Part shown: positions 18,317 to 27,957 of the stretch, one piece after another
How the letters are laid out: every line of letters begins with the position of its first letter
Position numbering within the stretch: the stretch's first letter is position 1
DNA from: an uncultured Collinsella sp.
GTDB taxonomy: Bacteria > Actinomycetota > Coriobacteriia > Coriobacteriales > Coriobacteriaceae
Assembly: GCA_958443265.1 (NCBI GenBank)
Contig: CAUCKA010000008.1
Location: 7,823 to 71,822 of the forward strand
DNA length: 64,000 nt
Direction: 5' to 3'
The notes under the pieces: generated by a model
What the model was told of the DNA's origin: nothing
Databases searched by the model: none
The model's input: only the letters and a program-made list of their open reading frames with translations
Made by a program: the position numbers and the translations under genes

Positions 18317-21300
18317 ATGAGATTGATACACAACAGCCGTCTGCCGCAGTTTCGCACTCCGTTTGGCGCTGTGACCACAGGAACTTCCGTTTCGCTGTCG
18401 GTAATTTTGGAGGATGCCGACCCCAACCAGGCAACGCTTACGCTGCGAACCTGGGTCGATGAGATCGGGGAAACTCTGTATCCCATGACGCACGAGGGCG
18501 ACGGCATCTTTTCCGCCGAGCTGGAGTGCACCGAGCCCTGTCTTATCTGGTACAGCTTTATCTGCAATATCGAGGGCCAGCCCGAGGTTCGTCTGGGCGC
18601 ACCGCAGGGCCGCACCGGCGGCGAGGGCGTAACCTACGACTACGCCGAGGTTCCGTCGTTCCAGGTCACCGTCTACAAGCACCGCGAAGTTCGTCCCGAG
18701 TGGTACGAGCGTGGCATGGTCTACCAGATCTTCCCCGATCGCTACGCCCGAGATGAAAACTGGCGCGAGCGCACGCTGGCCGAGGTCGAAAAACCACGCA
18801 ACGGAATCCAGCGCCGCATGGTCGAGGACTGGAACGAGCCGCCCGTGTACGAGCGCGCCGAAGACGGCTCCATCAAAACCTGGGACTTCTACGGCGGGTC
18901 GCTCAAGGGCATCCAGGAAGACCTGCCTCGCATCGCCGAGCTGGGCTTTACAGCCATCTACCTCAACCCCATCTTTGAGGCCGCGAGCAACCACCGCTAC
19001 GACACGGCCGATTACACTAAGATCGACCCGATCCTGGGCACCGAGCAGGACTTTACGGAGCTGTGCGAGGCAGCCGAGAAGCTCGGCATTTCCATTATTC
19101 TGGACGGCGTCTTCAACCACACGGGCGACGACTCTATCTATTTCAACCGCTACGGCAACTACCCCGGCGTGGGCGCGTGGCAGAGCGAGGATTCGCCGTG
19201 GCGCGATGCGTTTTATTTCCACGAGGACGGCTCGTACGACTGCTGGTGGGGCGTGGGCAACATGCCCGCCATCAATGAGAGCTCCGAGCTGGTACGCGAG
19301 CGGCTCCTGGGCAAGGACGGCGTGATCCGCAAATGGCTGCGCGCCGGTGCCCATGGTTGGCGCCTGGACGTCGCTGACGAGCTTTCCGACGACTTCCTGG
19401 CCGAGATTAAGAAGGCCGTACTTGCCGAAAAGCCTGACGCGTTGTTGCTCGGCGAAGTCTGGGAAGACGCCTCCAACAAGATTAGCTATGGCCATCTGCG
19501 TCGTTACCTGCAGGGCTCCGAGCTGGACTCTGCTATGGATTACCCTTTCCGCGACATGGTCATCGGCTTTTTGATGGGCTACAAGAACGCCTACCAAGCA
19601 GCCGAGGATATCGAAACCCTGCGCGAGAACTACCCGAGCGAGGCATTGTCCTGCGCGCTCAATCTGCTTTCGAGCCACGACCGCCCGCGTATCATCTCGG
19701 TGCTCGGCGGCGGCCCCGACGAGTCGCAGCTGCCCGAGCGCGAGCGCAGCAAGTGGCGACTGGACGAGAGCTCGATGGGCCTGGCCAAGAGCCGTTTTTG
19801 GCTTGCAACGCTCATGCAGATGACCTTCCCCGGCGTGCCTTCGATCTACTACGGCGACGAATACGGCCTGGAGGGCCTTACCGATCCGGGCAACCGCCGC
19901 ACTCTGCCGACCAAGGACCAACTGCACGACTTCGACACGCTGGCTATTGTCAAGAACGCCTCCGCCGTACGCCGCGCACTGCCGTTTATGATCGACGGCG
20001 AGATTAAGGCCTTCGCGCTCAACGATGAGGTGCTGGCCTACAACCGCACGGGCAAGGATGGCGAGTCCGCGACGGTTATCATCAACCGCAGTCTGCGCAA
20101 TTCGCACCGCGTGACGATTCCGGCGCTCGGCGAATGCGCGAGTGACGTCATCAGCGGTCACGAGTGCGAGATCCACAACGGTACGGTCACGCTCGATCTG
20201 TATCCGCTGGGCTCGTCGATCATCTATCACCATGCCGAGCAGCGCCTGCAGGAGCCGCTCGATCACGACGCGGGCGTCGTGTGCCACATCACCTCGGTGC
20301 CGACCGATGACGGCAAGCCCGGCACGATCGGCGCACCCACGCGTCGCTTTATCGACCATCTGTCCGCTATGGGCATGCGCTACTGGCAGGTCCTGCCTGT
20401 CAACCCGACGGACTTCTTCCGCTCCCCTTACGCTGGGCCTTCGGCCTTTGCGGGCAATGTTGACCTGCTGCCCGAGAGCCAAGTGGAACTGGCGGCCGAC
20501 TTTGAGACTTGGAAGGCCCGTGGCGGCGAGGATGCAGACCCGCTCTACACGGCGTTTGAACATCGCAACGCCGATTGGCTCGAGAAGTACTGCGTCTACA
20601 TGGCCGTCAAGAAGTACTTTGAAGGTGAATCGCGTCACGATTGGCCGGCCGATGTCGCGCGCTACAACGAGCATCTGATTGACGACAAGCGTTTCCACGA
20701 CGAGGCAGAGCTGCAGGCGTACATGCAGTACCGCTTTGACCTTGCCTGGTGCGAGCTCATGAACTATGCGCACAAGAAGGGCATCGAGGTTATCGGCGAC
20801 ATTCCTATGTACGTTTCGGACGATTCGGCCGATGCGTGGAGCGAACCCGAGAACTTCTGGTTGTCCGATACCGGTAAGGCAATCGAGATCTCCGGTGCAC
20901 CGCCCGACAACTTTGCGCCCGAGGGCCAGGTGTGGGGCAACCCGACGTTCCGCTGGGGTCATATGAAGGAGAACGGCTACCGCTGGTGGATGGACCGTCT
21001 GCGTCGCGCGTTCTCACTCTACGACCGTGTGCGCCTGGACCACTTCCTGGGATTCCACAGCTACTTTAGCATTCCCGCAGGCAAGGCCTGCGCCGACGGC
21101 CGCTGGCTGGCGGGTCCGGGCAAGGACCTGTTTCAGACCGCCTACGACGAGCTAGGTCCGCTCAACTTTATCGCCGAGGACCTGGGCTATTTGACGCCCG
21201 GTGTTCGCGCCATGGCTTCGACCTGCGGTTTCCCCGGCATGGACGTGCTGGAGTTTAGCGACTACGACGTTCGTTGCGGTGTGCATCCCACGCCCGGCAA

Positions 21301-21613
21301 GATTCTGTACACCTCGACGCACGATACGTTGACGCTGGCCGGTTGGTGCACGCGTTCCTTTGCGGGTGGCGACGTGCCGAGCGGTGTTGAGGTGGCGTCC
21401 AAGCTGATGAGCGACGCGCTGGCAAGCGACGCTCCCCTGGTGATGATGCCGCTGCAAGATGTCTTGGGGCTGGGCGACGACGCGCGCATGAACGTTCCGG
21501 GCGTGGCCACGGGCAACTGGACCTGGCAGGCTGACGAAACCGATGCTGCGGCCGCTGAGGGCAAAACCGCACAGCTCCTGCGCAACACGCATAGATTCTG
21601 GGGCGAAGCGTGA
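18317..21613 (+). CDS. malQ: Fusion of a GH13 neopullulanase/amylopullulanase-like domain and a GH77 4-alpha-glucanotransferase
   Basis: GH13 motifs: YQIFPDR, SNHRYDT, LDGVFNH, WRLDVADEL, GEVWED, LSSHD. GH77 motifs from ~20270: WQVLPVNP, SPY...SAFAGN, GQVWGNP, RLDHFLGF, IAEDLG, STHD, RMNVPGVATGNWTW. Confidence 0.88.
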   Translation: MRLIHNSRLPQFRTPFGAVTTGTSVSLSVILEDADPNQATLTLRTWVDEIGETLYPMTHEGDGIFSAELECTEPCLIWYSFICNIEGQPEVRLGAPQGRTGGEGVTYDYAEVPSFQVTVYKHREVRPEWYERGMVYQIFPDRYARDENWRERTLAEVEKPRNGIQRRMVEDWNEPPVYERAEDGSIKTWDFYGGSLKGIQEDLPRIAELGFTAIYLNPIFEAASNHRYDTADYTKIDPILGTEQDFTELCEAAEKLGISIILDGVFNHTGDDSIYFNRYGNYPGVGAWQSEDSPWRDAFYFHEDGSYDCWWGVGNMPAINESSELVRERLLGKDGVIRKWLRAGAHGWRLDVADELSDDFLAEIKKAVLAEKPDALLLGEVWEDASNKISYGHLRRYLQGSELDSAMDYPFRDMVIGFLMGYKNAYQAAEDIETLRENYPSEALSCALNLLSSHDRPRIISVLGGGPDESQLPERERSKWRLDESSMGLAKSRFWLATLMQMTFPGVPSIYYGDEYGLEGLTDPGNRRTLPTKDQLHDFDTLAIVKNASAVRRALPFMIDGEIKAFALNDEVLAYNRTGKDGESATVIINRSLRNSHRVTIPALGECASDVISGHECEIHNGTVTLDLYPLGSSIIYHHAEQRLQEPLDHDAGVVCHITSVPTDDGKPGTIGAPTRRFIDHLSAMGMRYWQVLPVNPTDFFRSPYAGPSAFAGNVDLLPESQVELAADFETWKARGGEDADPLYTAFEHRNADWLEKYCVYMAVKKYFEGESRHDWPADVARYNEHLIDDKRFHDEAELQAYMQYRFDLAWCELMNYAHKKGIEVIGDIPMYVSDDSADAWSEPENFWLSDTGKAIEISGAPPDNFAPEGQVWGNPTFRWGHMKENGYRWWMDRLRRAFSLYDRVRLDHFLGFHSYFSIPAGKACADGRWLAGPGKDLFQTAYDELGPLNFIAEDLGYLTPGVRAMASTCGFPGMDVLEFSDYDVRCGVHPTPGKILYTSTHDTLTLAGWCTRSFAGGDVPSGVEVASKLMSDALASDAPLVMMPLQDVLGLGDDARMNVPGVATGNWTWQADETDAAAAEGKTAQLLRNTHRFWGEA

Positions 21614-21701
21614 TAAAACGCCCGATATAGGGTACAGTTACAGACGTTTGAATTTATGCGGGCAGAGTGATCTGCCCGCTTTGTGCTGAAAAGGAAGTAT
21701 T

Positions 21702-21938
21702 ATGGCGCGCTACGATTACAAGTGCTCGAGCTGCGGCAACGTGTTTGAGGTTGAGCATCCCATGTCCGAGACCCCCGAGGTCGTGTGCCCCAACTGCGGC
21801 GCTCCGGCCGCCAAGACGTTCTCGGCCAGCGGCATCAAGTTTGAGGGCAACGGCTTCTACAACACCGACCAGCGCAGCGGTAGCTCAAGCACCAGCGCCA
21901 CGAGTGGCTGCTGCGCCAACTGCCCGCACAGCCACTAG
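21702..21938 (+). CDS. FmdB-family zinc-ribbon protein
   Basis: MARYDYKCSSCG...CPNCG...FEGNGFYNTD; AAGGAAG RBS. Confidence 0.85.
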   Translation: MARYDYKCSSCGNVFEVEHPMSETPEVVCPNCGAPAAKTFSASGIKFEGNGFYNTDQRSGSSSTSATSGCCANCPHSH

Positions 21939-21947
21939 AAACCAATC

Positions 21948-21985
21948 AGCCCCGCGACCGACACCAATCGCGGGGCTATTTCTTT
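21948..21985 (+). terminator. Probable intrinsic terminator
   Basis: AGCCCCGCGA/TCGCGGGGCT stem followed by ATTTCTTT. Confidence 0.65.
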
Positions 21986-22098
21986 GCGCTATGGGTAGCT
22001 AATTATCAGGCCAGGTTTCCTTATGAATTGCGGTGAAATAAGGACAGTTTGGCAGGTAGAAGCCGCTATTCAATCCCTATTTCACCGCACATTAGTAG

Positions 22099-23499
22099 TT
22101 AGTTGCGCACCAGTCTGGCGCAGAAGTGGCCGTCGTAGGAGTCAGCGTTTACCGGCACACTTTGGAAGAGGCCACGGTCGTTTTGACGGACGGCTACCAG
22201 CTTCTTGGCCTGCTCGAAATCGGGCAGTTGCAGGATCTGCGCCTCGGAGAGCGGCTCCAGGCTAAAACCGGTACCCTCGGGAGAGTTTAGGAAAGCATCC
22301 ACGACCTGCGTGTTCTCTTCGTCAAAGACCGAGCACGTCGCATAGATGAGCTCGCCGCCAGTAGCCACGCGCGCGGCAGCCTCTTTGAGCATCGTCAGCT
22401 GCAGTTTGGGCAGCTCAACCGTCACATCCTTTTCGGTCAGACGCCACGGAATCTCGGGATGACGGCGCATAGTGCCGGTGCCAGAGCACGGCGCGTCGAT
22501 AAAGACCGTGTCGAACTTAACCGGCTCGCCAAGCATGGCATCAAATGATGTGAGCACCTCATCAAGCTCGCAAGCATCACCCGAAACCGTACGAACGCCC
22601 TGAATGCCGGCCTTATGCAGGCGAGCGAGATTCAGATCGCACTTGCGATCATGCAGATCGAGCGCCGTATGCTGACGCTCATAGCCCGCACGCTTGGCCT
22701 GGCACATCATCACATAGGTCTTGGTGCCACGACCAGCACCAATCTCAAGGCAGCTACCAGGGCGCGTGGCAGCTGTGGCGATAAGTTGCGCGTTGAGATC
22801 AGATGCCACCGCGGCAGCACGCTCAAACACACCCGAAGCAACGGTAACCTGGGCATCAACCGGGGCATGGCAGCCCGGGAACACGGGTGCCACAAACTGC
22901 GAAATATACGGATCGAGCTTAGTCGCAAAGGCGTTCTCATGCAGGGCCAGCGGCGCGGGGGCCAGATTGCCGGCAAAGTTAAGCGCACCCTCGGGCGTGT
23001 CAAACGACGCCATAATGCGAGCGCACAGCCAGCGAGGAAGACCCATAAGGCGCGACAGACGAACCAGGCGTCGCTCGGACTCATCCATGTCGGATGCTGT
23101 GGCAAAGTCCTCAACATTGTCCGCAACCTTATGCAGTACAGCATTGGCCAAGCCGGCGGCGGACTTAGCACCGCAACGAACCAGTTCAACACCCTGACTT
23201 ACGGCAACACGGCCCGGCGTATGCAGGTAGAGCATCTCGAAGGCCGAGATACGAAGCGCCATGCGAACGCGCGGCGCAACCTTTTTGGGCTTATCGAGAA
23301 ACTGATCGAGCAGCTCGTCCAAAACACCCTGCGTGGCGGCAACACCCAGCGCCAAGCGGGCGGCAAAAGCGGAATCGCGCTGGTCAATAGCCTTGGCCGA
23401 TGCGCGAGAGGACAGCACGTCGCGTGCATACATGCCGCGGCGATCGGCCTCCATCAGCACATCGAGCGCAAGCTTGCGCGCGGGAGACAGCCTGCTCAT
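22099..23499 (-). CDS. rsmB: 16S rRNA m5C methyltransferase RsmB/Sun (NusB-like N-terminal domain)
   Basis: NusB-like helical N-terminus, DAPCSGTGTMRRHPE and YATCS motifs. ATGA overlap with fmt in the conserved def-fmt-rsmB order. Confidence 0.85.
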   Translation of the reverse strand: MSRLSPARKLALDVLMEADRRGMYARDVLSSRASAKAIDQRDSAFAARLALGVAATQGVLDELLDQFLDKPKKVAPRVRMALRISAFEMLYLHTPGRVAVSQGVELVRCGAKSAAGLANAVLHKVADNVEDFATASDMDESERRLVRLSRLMGLPRWLCARIMASFDTPEGALNFAGNLAPAPLALHENAFATKLDPYISQFVAPVFPGCHAPVDAQVTVASGVFERAAAVASDLNAQLIATAATRPGSCLEIGAGRGTKTYVMMCQAKRAGYERQHTALDLHDRKCDLNLARLHKAGIQGVRTVSGDACELDEVLTSFDAMLGEPVKFDTVFIDAPCSGTGTMRRHPEIPWRLTEKDVTVELPKLQLTMLKEAAARVATGGELIYATCSVFDEENTQVVDAFLNSPEGTGFSLEPLSEAQILQLPDFEQAKKLVAVRQNDRGLFQSVPVNADSYDGHFCARLVRN

Positions 23500-24416
23500 G
23501 ACAAAACACCCCAGATAAGATCGGCACCCTGCAGGCCAGCAGACCAAGCAGAAGCAGTCATAGCACGCTTGCCATCAGGCTTAACCTCGAGCAGTTCAAC
23601 CGAGCCATCAGAAAGGCCCAGGTAAACACGCTTGGCCTTAACGAGAACCTGACCCTCGCCGAGCGACACATCAGCCGCCGCAGCATCGAGCACACGCACG
23701 GTCTTGCCGGCAATCACGCAACGAGCAGGCGCGGTATCGGACGAAGCCAGCACATGACGCACGCAATCAAGCACCGCCATCTGCGGATCCAGACGCATCT
23801 CCTGCTTGGAGATCTTGGCAGCATGAGTGACGACCGACTCATCCTGCTCAGTCCAAACAGCCGAGCCATCGGAAAGCGAGGGAAGCATATCGGCAAGCAA
23901 TTTGCCGCCAAGTTCAGCAAGCTCCATGGTCAGCGCCTCAGCATGCTTACTGGCAACCGACGTGGAAGCCTGAGCACAATAAGCACCAGTATCCACGCCA
24001 TGTCCAATGCGCATAATGGAAACGCCGGCAACCTCATCACCAGCGAGAATCGCACGCTGAATGGGAGCAGCGCCACGCCAACGAGGCAGTAGCGAAGCAT
24101 GAACATTCACAATACCAAGCGGCGCTATATGCAGCACCTCATCAGGCAAAATACAGCCATAAGCAGCCACACAGAAAATATCAGCCTGGGCAGCCTGGAG
24201 CACCTCAACAACCTCAGGCGTCATACGATTAGCCTCAACAACAGGCAGACCAAGCTCGAGCGCCTTAGCCTTAACAGGAGACGGCTCCAGCTTCTTACCA
24301 CGCCCACGAACAGCATCAGGACGAGTAACAACAAGCGCAATCTCGTTCCCAGCCTCAACAAGCGAAGTCAACGAAGGCACAGCAAAATCAGGCGTACCCA
24401 TAAACACAATACGCAT
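23496..24416 (-). CDS. fmt: Methionyl-tRNA formyltransferase
   Basis: MRIVFMGTPDFA and NVHASLLPRWRGAAPIQRAI. Confidence 0.96.
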   Translation of the reverse strand: MRIVFMGTPDFAVPSLTSLVEAGNEIALVVTRPDAVRGRGKKLEPSPVKAKALELGLPVVEANRMTPEVVEVLQAAQADIFCVAAYGCILPDEVLHIAPLGIVNVHASLLPRWRGAAPIQRAILAGDEVAGVSIMRIGHGVDTGAYCAQASTSVASKHAEALTMELAELGGKLLADMLPSLSDGSAVWTEQDESVVTHAAKISKQEMRLDPQMAVLDCVRHVLASSDTAPARCVIAGKTVRVLDAAAADVSLGEGQVLVKAKRVYLGLSDGSVELLEVKPDGKRAMTASAWSAGLQGADLIWGVLS

Positions 24417-24634
24417 AAAAGTTAGTCTCCTCTCAATAACGAGCCGAGACGGCTACAAAAAAGCGTTCTTGGTCGCAAGCGCGCCCAGCCGCAAGAATAG
24501 GTCAACAGAAACAAATATACCCAAAACCAAAGAAAGAGCCGCAATAAAAGCAGCTCTTTCAGCAAAGCACCTATCAGCGAAGACGCCCATCCCTGGCCCG
24601 ACGGCACCTGGGCGAGACAAGCAGCGTCAACGTA

Positions 24635-24730
24635 GTCCCCGGGGCGCCCGCCTATATCGTCCCGCGCGCAGTTTCGCAGCGCAGCGAGAATATTTGAGCA
24701 TGGGATGATATAGGCGGGCGCCCCGGGGAC
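24635..24730. repeat. 29-bp inverted repeat (28/29 match) with a 38-nt spacer
   Basis: GTCCCCGGGGCGCCCGCCTATATCGTCCC ... GGGATGATATAGGCGGGCGCCCCGGGGAC. Confidence 0.9.
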
Positions 24731-24738
24731 GGACAAAC

Positions 24739-25275
24739 CTACTCAGTCTCGCCCGGTCGAGCGCCGCGGGCCAGGGCGTCCTGGTACTCCTTGACGGCCT
24801 TGAGCCTCTGCATGGGCTTAAGGCGCTCGAACATGGTGTTGCCGTGCAGGTGGTCGATCTCGTGCTGCAGGCACACGCAGAACAGATCGCCCGAGGCCTC
24901 ATAACGAATCAGGTTGGCGTCCAGATCATACGCCTCGACGACGACATGGTCGGGACGCTCAATCTCGCAGCTAATCCCGGGGATAGACAGGCAGCCCTCG
25001 CTAAACGGCACCAAATGGTCACTCTGCTCAACAATGACAGGGTTGATGAGCACGTACGGGTCGTAGTCGTTCTTGTCGCTGTAGTCGCAGTCGATGGTGA
25101 CGAGCTGAATAAGCTCGCCGATCTGCGGAGCAGCCAGGCCGCAGCCGCCGTTCTCGAACATCATCTTCTTCATCTTCTCGGCAAGCGCCTCGATCGCCGG
25201 GGTGATCTCCTCGATGACGGCGCACTCCTGGCGCAAACGAGGGTCGGGCGACAGTACGATTCCGTTGGCTTCCAT
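24739..25275 (-). CDS. def: Peptide deformylase
   Basis: GCGLAAPQIG, EGCLSIPG and QHEIDHL motifs. Start is 25275 or 25281. Confidence 0.96.
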   Translation of the reverse strand: MEANGIVLSPDPRLRQECAVIEEITPAIEALAEKMKKMMFENGGCGLAAPQIGELIQLVTIDCDYSDKNDYDPYVLINPVIVEQSDHLVPFSEGCLSIPGISCEIERPDHVVVEAYDLDANLIRYEASGDLFCVCLQHEIDHLHGNTMFERLKPMQRLKAVKEYQDALARGARPGETE

Positions 25276-25293
25276 GGCCATCCTTTCAGGTTG

Positions 25294-27747
25294 TTACATC
25301 AAATCATAGGCGTCGACGTCAACGCTCACGCTCACGCCGCGCACGGAGCCCACCTCTTTGAGGCAGGCGTCGATATCATCAGAGACATGGTACCCCACGG
25401 GCGACTTCACAAGCAGATGGAAGCGGTAACGGTCCTTGGCTCTCTCGATTACACACGAAGCCGGGCCCAGCACCTGCGGCACGGCACTCCCTGCCCGCAA
25501 AAAATCGGGCGCGGCGGCATGCCAGCGACGCTTGAGGAGCTTGGCGATGCGGCCGATGTAGTCTTGCGCGTCGTCTCGGTTCGCCGACCACACCAAAATG
25601 TTGACCAGACGCACGAACGGTGGATACAGGGCGTCGCGGCGCTGGTCCAGGTCGTAGTCGGTAAAGATCGAACGGTCGTGCTTAGCGACGGCGCGAATGA
25701 CCGGATCCTCGGGCAGGTAGGTCTGGATGATCACCTCACCGGGACGATCGCCGCGACCGGCACGGCCGGCGACCTGCTCCAGTAAATCGTAGGCGCGCTC
25801 CCCTGCGCGGAAATCGGGCAGCTTGAGGGCGAAGTCGGCATTGACCACGCCCACGAGCGTGACCTCGGGAAAATCGAGACCTTTAGCGATCATCTGGGTA
25901 CCCAGCAACACGGCGCAATCCGCCGCATCGAACTGCTCGAGCAGCTTTTTGTGCGCATCCTTGCCACACGTGGAATCGGCATCCATGCGAATGATGGCAA
26001 CGTCCTCGGGAAGCAACTGGTGCAGAGCGTCCTCGATCTGCTGCGTGCCCAGGCCCATTTTTGCCAGGTAGCGACTGCCACATTTGGGGCAACGGCTCGT
26101 GGGCGCGGGATACGGCCGCACGCGCCAAGACGAACCGCATGTGTGACACTGCAGCGTGTGTGTGCGCTCGTGATACGTAAGCGCTGTGGAGCAGTGGTTG
26201 CAGGTGGGGACGCAGCCGCACTCGCGGCACATCAGGAATGGCGCAAAGCCACGGCGGTTATGCAGCAACACGGCCTTCTCGCGGCGCCCGACCACACGCT
26301 CCAATCCCTCCATCAAGGGTTTTGAGAACATGGAGCGGCTGCCGTGCGAGAACTCGCGACGCAGGTCAGCAATGCGGACCGTAGGCAGCACGGCGTGTCC
26401 GGGGCGCTCGGGCATCTCGACACGCGTCCAGGTGGCACCGTTATACATGCCGCGGCGGCAGCGGTCGAGGGCCTCGGCAGAAGGCGTGGCCGACCCCAGC
26501 ACGAGCGGGCAGCGATAGCGGCGCGCCATCTCGGCTGCCACCTCGCGCGCATGGTAGCGCGGACTGGACCCCTGCTTGTAGCTGGTCTCGTGCTCCTCGT
26601 CAATGATGATGAGGCCCAGGTCGTCAAGCGGGCAAAAGAGCGCCGAACGTGCGCCGACGACCACGCGGGCCGCACCGCTGGCAACCATATCCCACTGGTC
26701 CAGGCGCTCGCCGGCCGAAAGCCGCGAATGGAACACGGCGACCGTCTCGCCAAAGCGCGAACGGAAGCGGCCGACGGTCTGGGCCGTCAGCGAAATCTCG
26801 GGCACCAGCACGCAGGCCGAGCGACCGGCTGCAAGCACGCGCTCAATGGCGGAGAGGTAAACCTCGGTTTTGCCGGAGCCGGTGACGCCGTCGACCAACA
26901 CCACGTCGCCATGAGCGTCCAGACGGGCGCGCTCAATCTGCGCGAGCGCCTGTTGCTGGCCGTTGGTAAGGGAGACCGGCGCCTTGCCGCTTGCCGAGGA
27001 CAGCGTGGTCTGCTCGCTGCAGCCACGCCACGCACGGCGTTCCTCCACCACCACGACGCCGCGCTTTTTGAGCGCCTTGATGGTCGCCGACATGCTGTTA
27101 TAGAGAAGGTTGAGGTCGCGCGTCGTGACCGGGCCGCACCGGAGCGCCTCGATGAGTTGGCGCTGGCGGACCGCGGTCTTGGGCGGCGTATAGTCAAAGC
27201 CTTCGGGCGTAAGCATCACCCAACGGTTTTGGATAGGCTTGACGGCGGGGCGCTCAACCGACCATGCGCCGTCATCGCCCTTAACGACGCGCGGACTGCC
27301 GCCCGGGGGCAGGAACAGGCGCAGGCACTCGGAAAGCGTCGCGACATACTCGCGGCTCATCCAACGTGCGATGCGGGCAGCCTCGGCGGTAAAGAGGGGT
27401 TTGCTGAGGATGGCTTCGATGGCTTTAATGCGCGCGGGGTCGAGGGCATTGTAGCCCTGTAGGTCGCTCAGCTCAGGCGCAATGTCGACGATATAGCCCG
27501 CGGCCGCACGGTTACCAAAGTGGACCAGGACCGTGGATCCGATCTGCGCCTCGTTGGCAAGGGACTCAGGGATGCCGTAAGCAAACGGATCCGACAGCGC
27601 ACGGGTGGGGATGTCGAGGACCACGCTCGCGTAGGCGGCAGGGGGCTCGGGCGCAGGCTTAGACTGAGCCGAGGCAGCGGCAGGCTTGGGCTTCACCGGA
27701 GCTTCCTCCGGTTCCGGCGAACCAAACAGCGACAGTTGTTGAGCCAT
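25294..27747 (-). CDS. priA: Primosomal protein N' (replication restart helicase)
   Basis: GVTGSGKTEVY, IDEEHE, LGSATPS, Cys-rich zinc region, GTQMIAKGLDFP and QVAGRAGR. Confidence 0.95.
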   Translation of the reverse strand: MAQQLSLFGSPEPEEAPVKPKPAAASAQSKPAPEPPAAYASVVLDIPTRALSDPFAYGIPESLANEAQIGSTVLVHFGNRAAAGYIVDIAPELSDLQGYNALDPARIKAIEAILSKPLFTAEAARIARWMSREYVATLSECLRLFLPPGGSPRVVKGDDGAWSVERPAVKPIQNRWVMLTPEGFDYTPPKTAVRQRQLIEALRCGPVTTRDLNLLYNSMSATIKALKKRGVVVVEERRAWRGCSEQTTLSSASGKAPVSLTNGQQQALAQIERARLDAHGDVVLVDGVTGSGKTEVYLSAIERVLAAGRSACVLVPEISLTAQTVGRFRSRFGETVAVFHSRLSAGERLDQWDMVASGAARVVVGARSALFCPLDDLGLIIIDEEHETSYKQGSSPRYHAREVAAEMARRYRCPLVLGSATPSAEALDRCRRGMYNGATWTRVEMPERPGHAVLPTVRIADLRREFSHGSRSMFSKPLMEGLERVVGRREKAVLLHNRRGFAPFLMCRECGCVPTCNHCSTALTYHERTHTLQCHTCGSSWRVRPYPAPTSRCPKCGSRYLAKMGLGTQQIEDALHQLLPEDVAIIRMDADSTCGKDAHKKLLEQFDAADCAVLLGTQMIAKGLDFPEVTLVGVVNADFALKLPDFRAGERAYDLLEQVAGRAGRGDRPGEVIIQTYLPEDPVIRAVAKHDRSIFTDYDLDQRRDALYPPFVRLVNILVWSANRDDAQDYIGRIAKLLKRRWHAAAPDFLRAGSAVPQVLGPASCVIERAKDRYRFHLLVKSPVGYHVSDDIDACLKEVGSVRGVSVSVDVDAYDLM

Positions 27748-27779
27748 ACACCACCTCTAACGAACGGACCTGAAAGGGG

Positions 27780-27881
27780 TGGGACAAAATAATCAGTAGA
27801 GTTTGTCCCATGGCCGATACGAGTGTCGAGCTTGTTGCGTCACTCGAACATGGGACAAACACTACTGATTATTTTGTCCCA
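27780..27881. repeat. REPIN-like doublet: two inverted 33-bp units, each itself palindromic (TGGGACAAA...TTTGTCCCA)
   Basis: 27780-27812 matches the reverse complement of 27849-27881 at 32/33 positions. Confidence 0.88.
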
Positions 27882-27908
27882 GCAACCCACTCATCGGTAC
27901 AGAAACAA

Positions 27909-27934
27909 GAGCCCCGCTCGGGGGAACGGGGCTC
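27909..27934 (-). terminator. Probable intrinsic terminator after gltX
   Basis: GAGCCCCG/CGGGGCTC stem followed by TTGTTTCT on the minus strand. Confidence 0.6.
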
Positions 27935-27957
27935 GGATACATGCGTTTACGCGTCTA

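Noticed and set aside
24590..24615. GCCCGACGGCACCTGGGCG resembles the 3' hairpin of a ZTP (pfl) riboswitch and sits near fmt
   Set aside because: It is on the strand opposite to fmt, and the conserved 5' GACUG/P1 region is missing.
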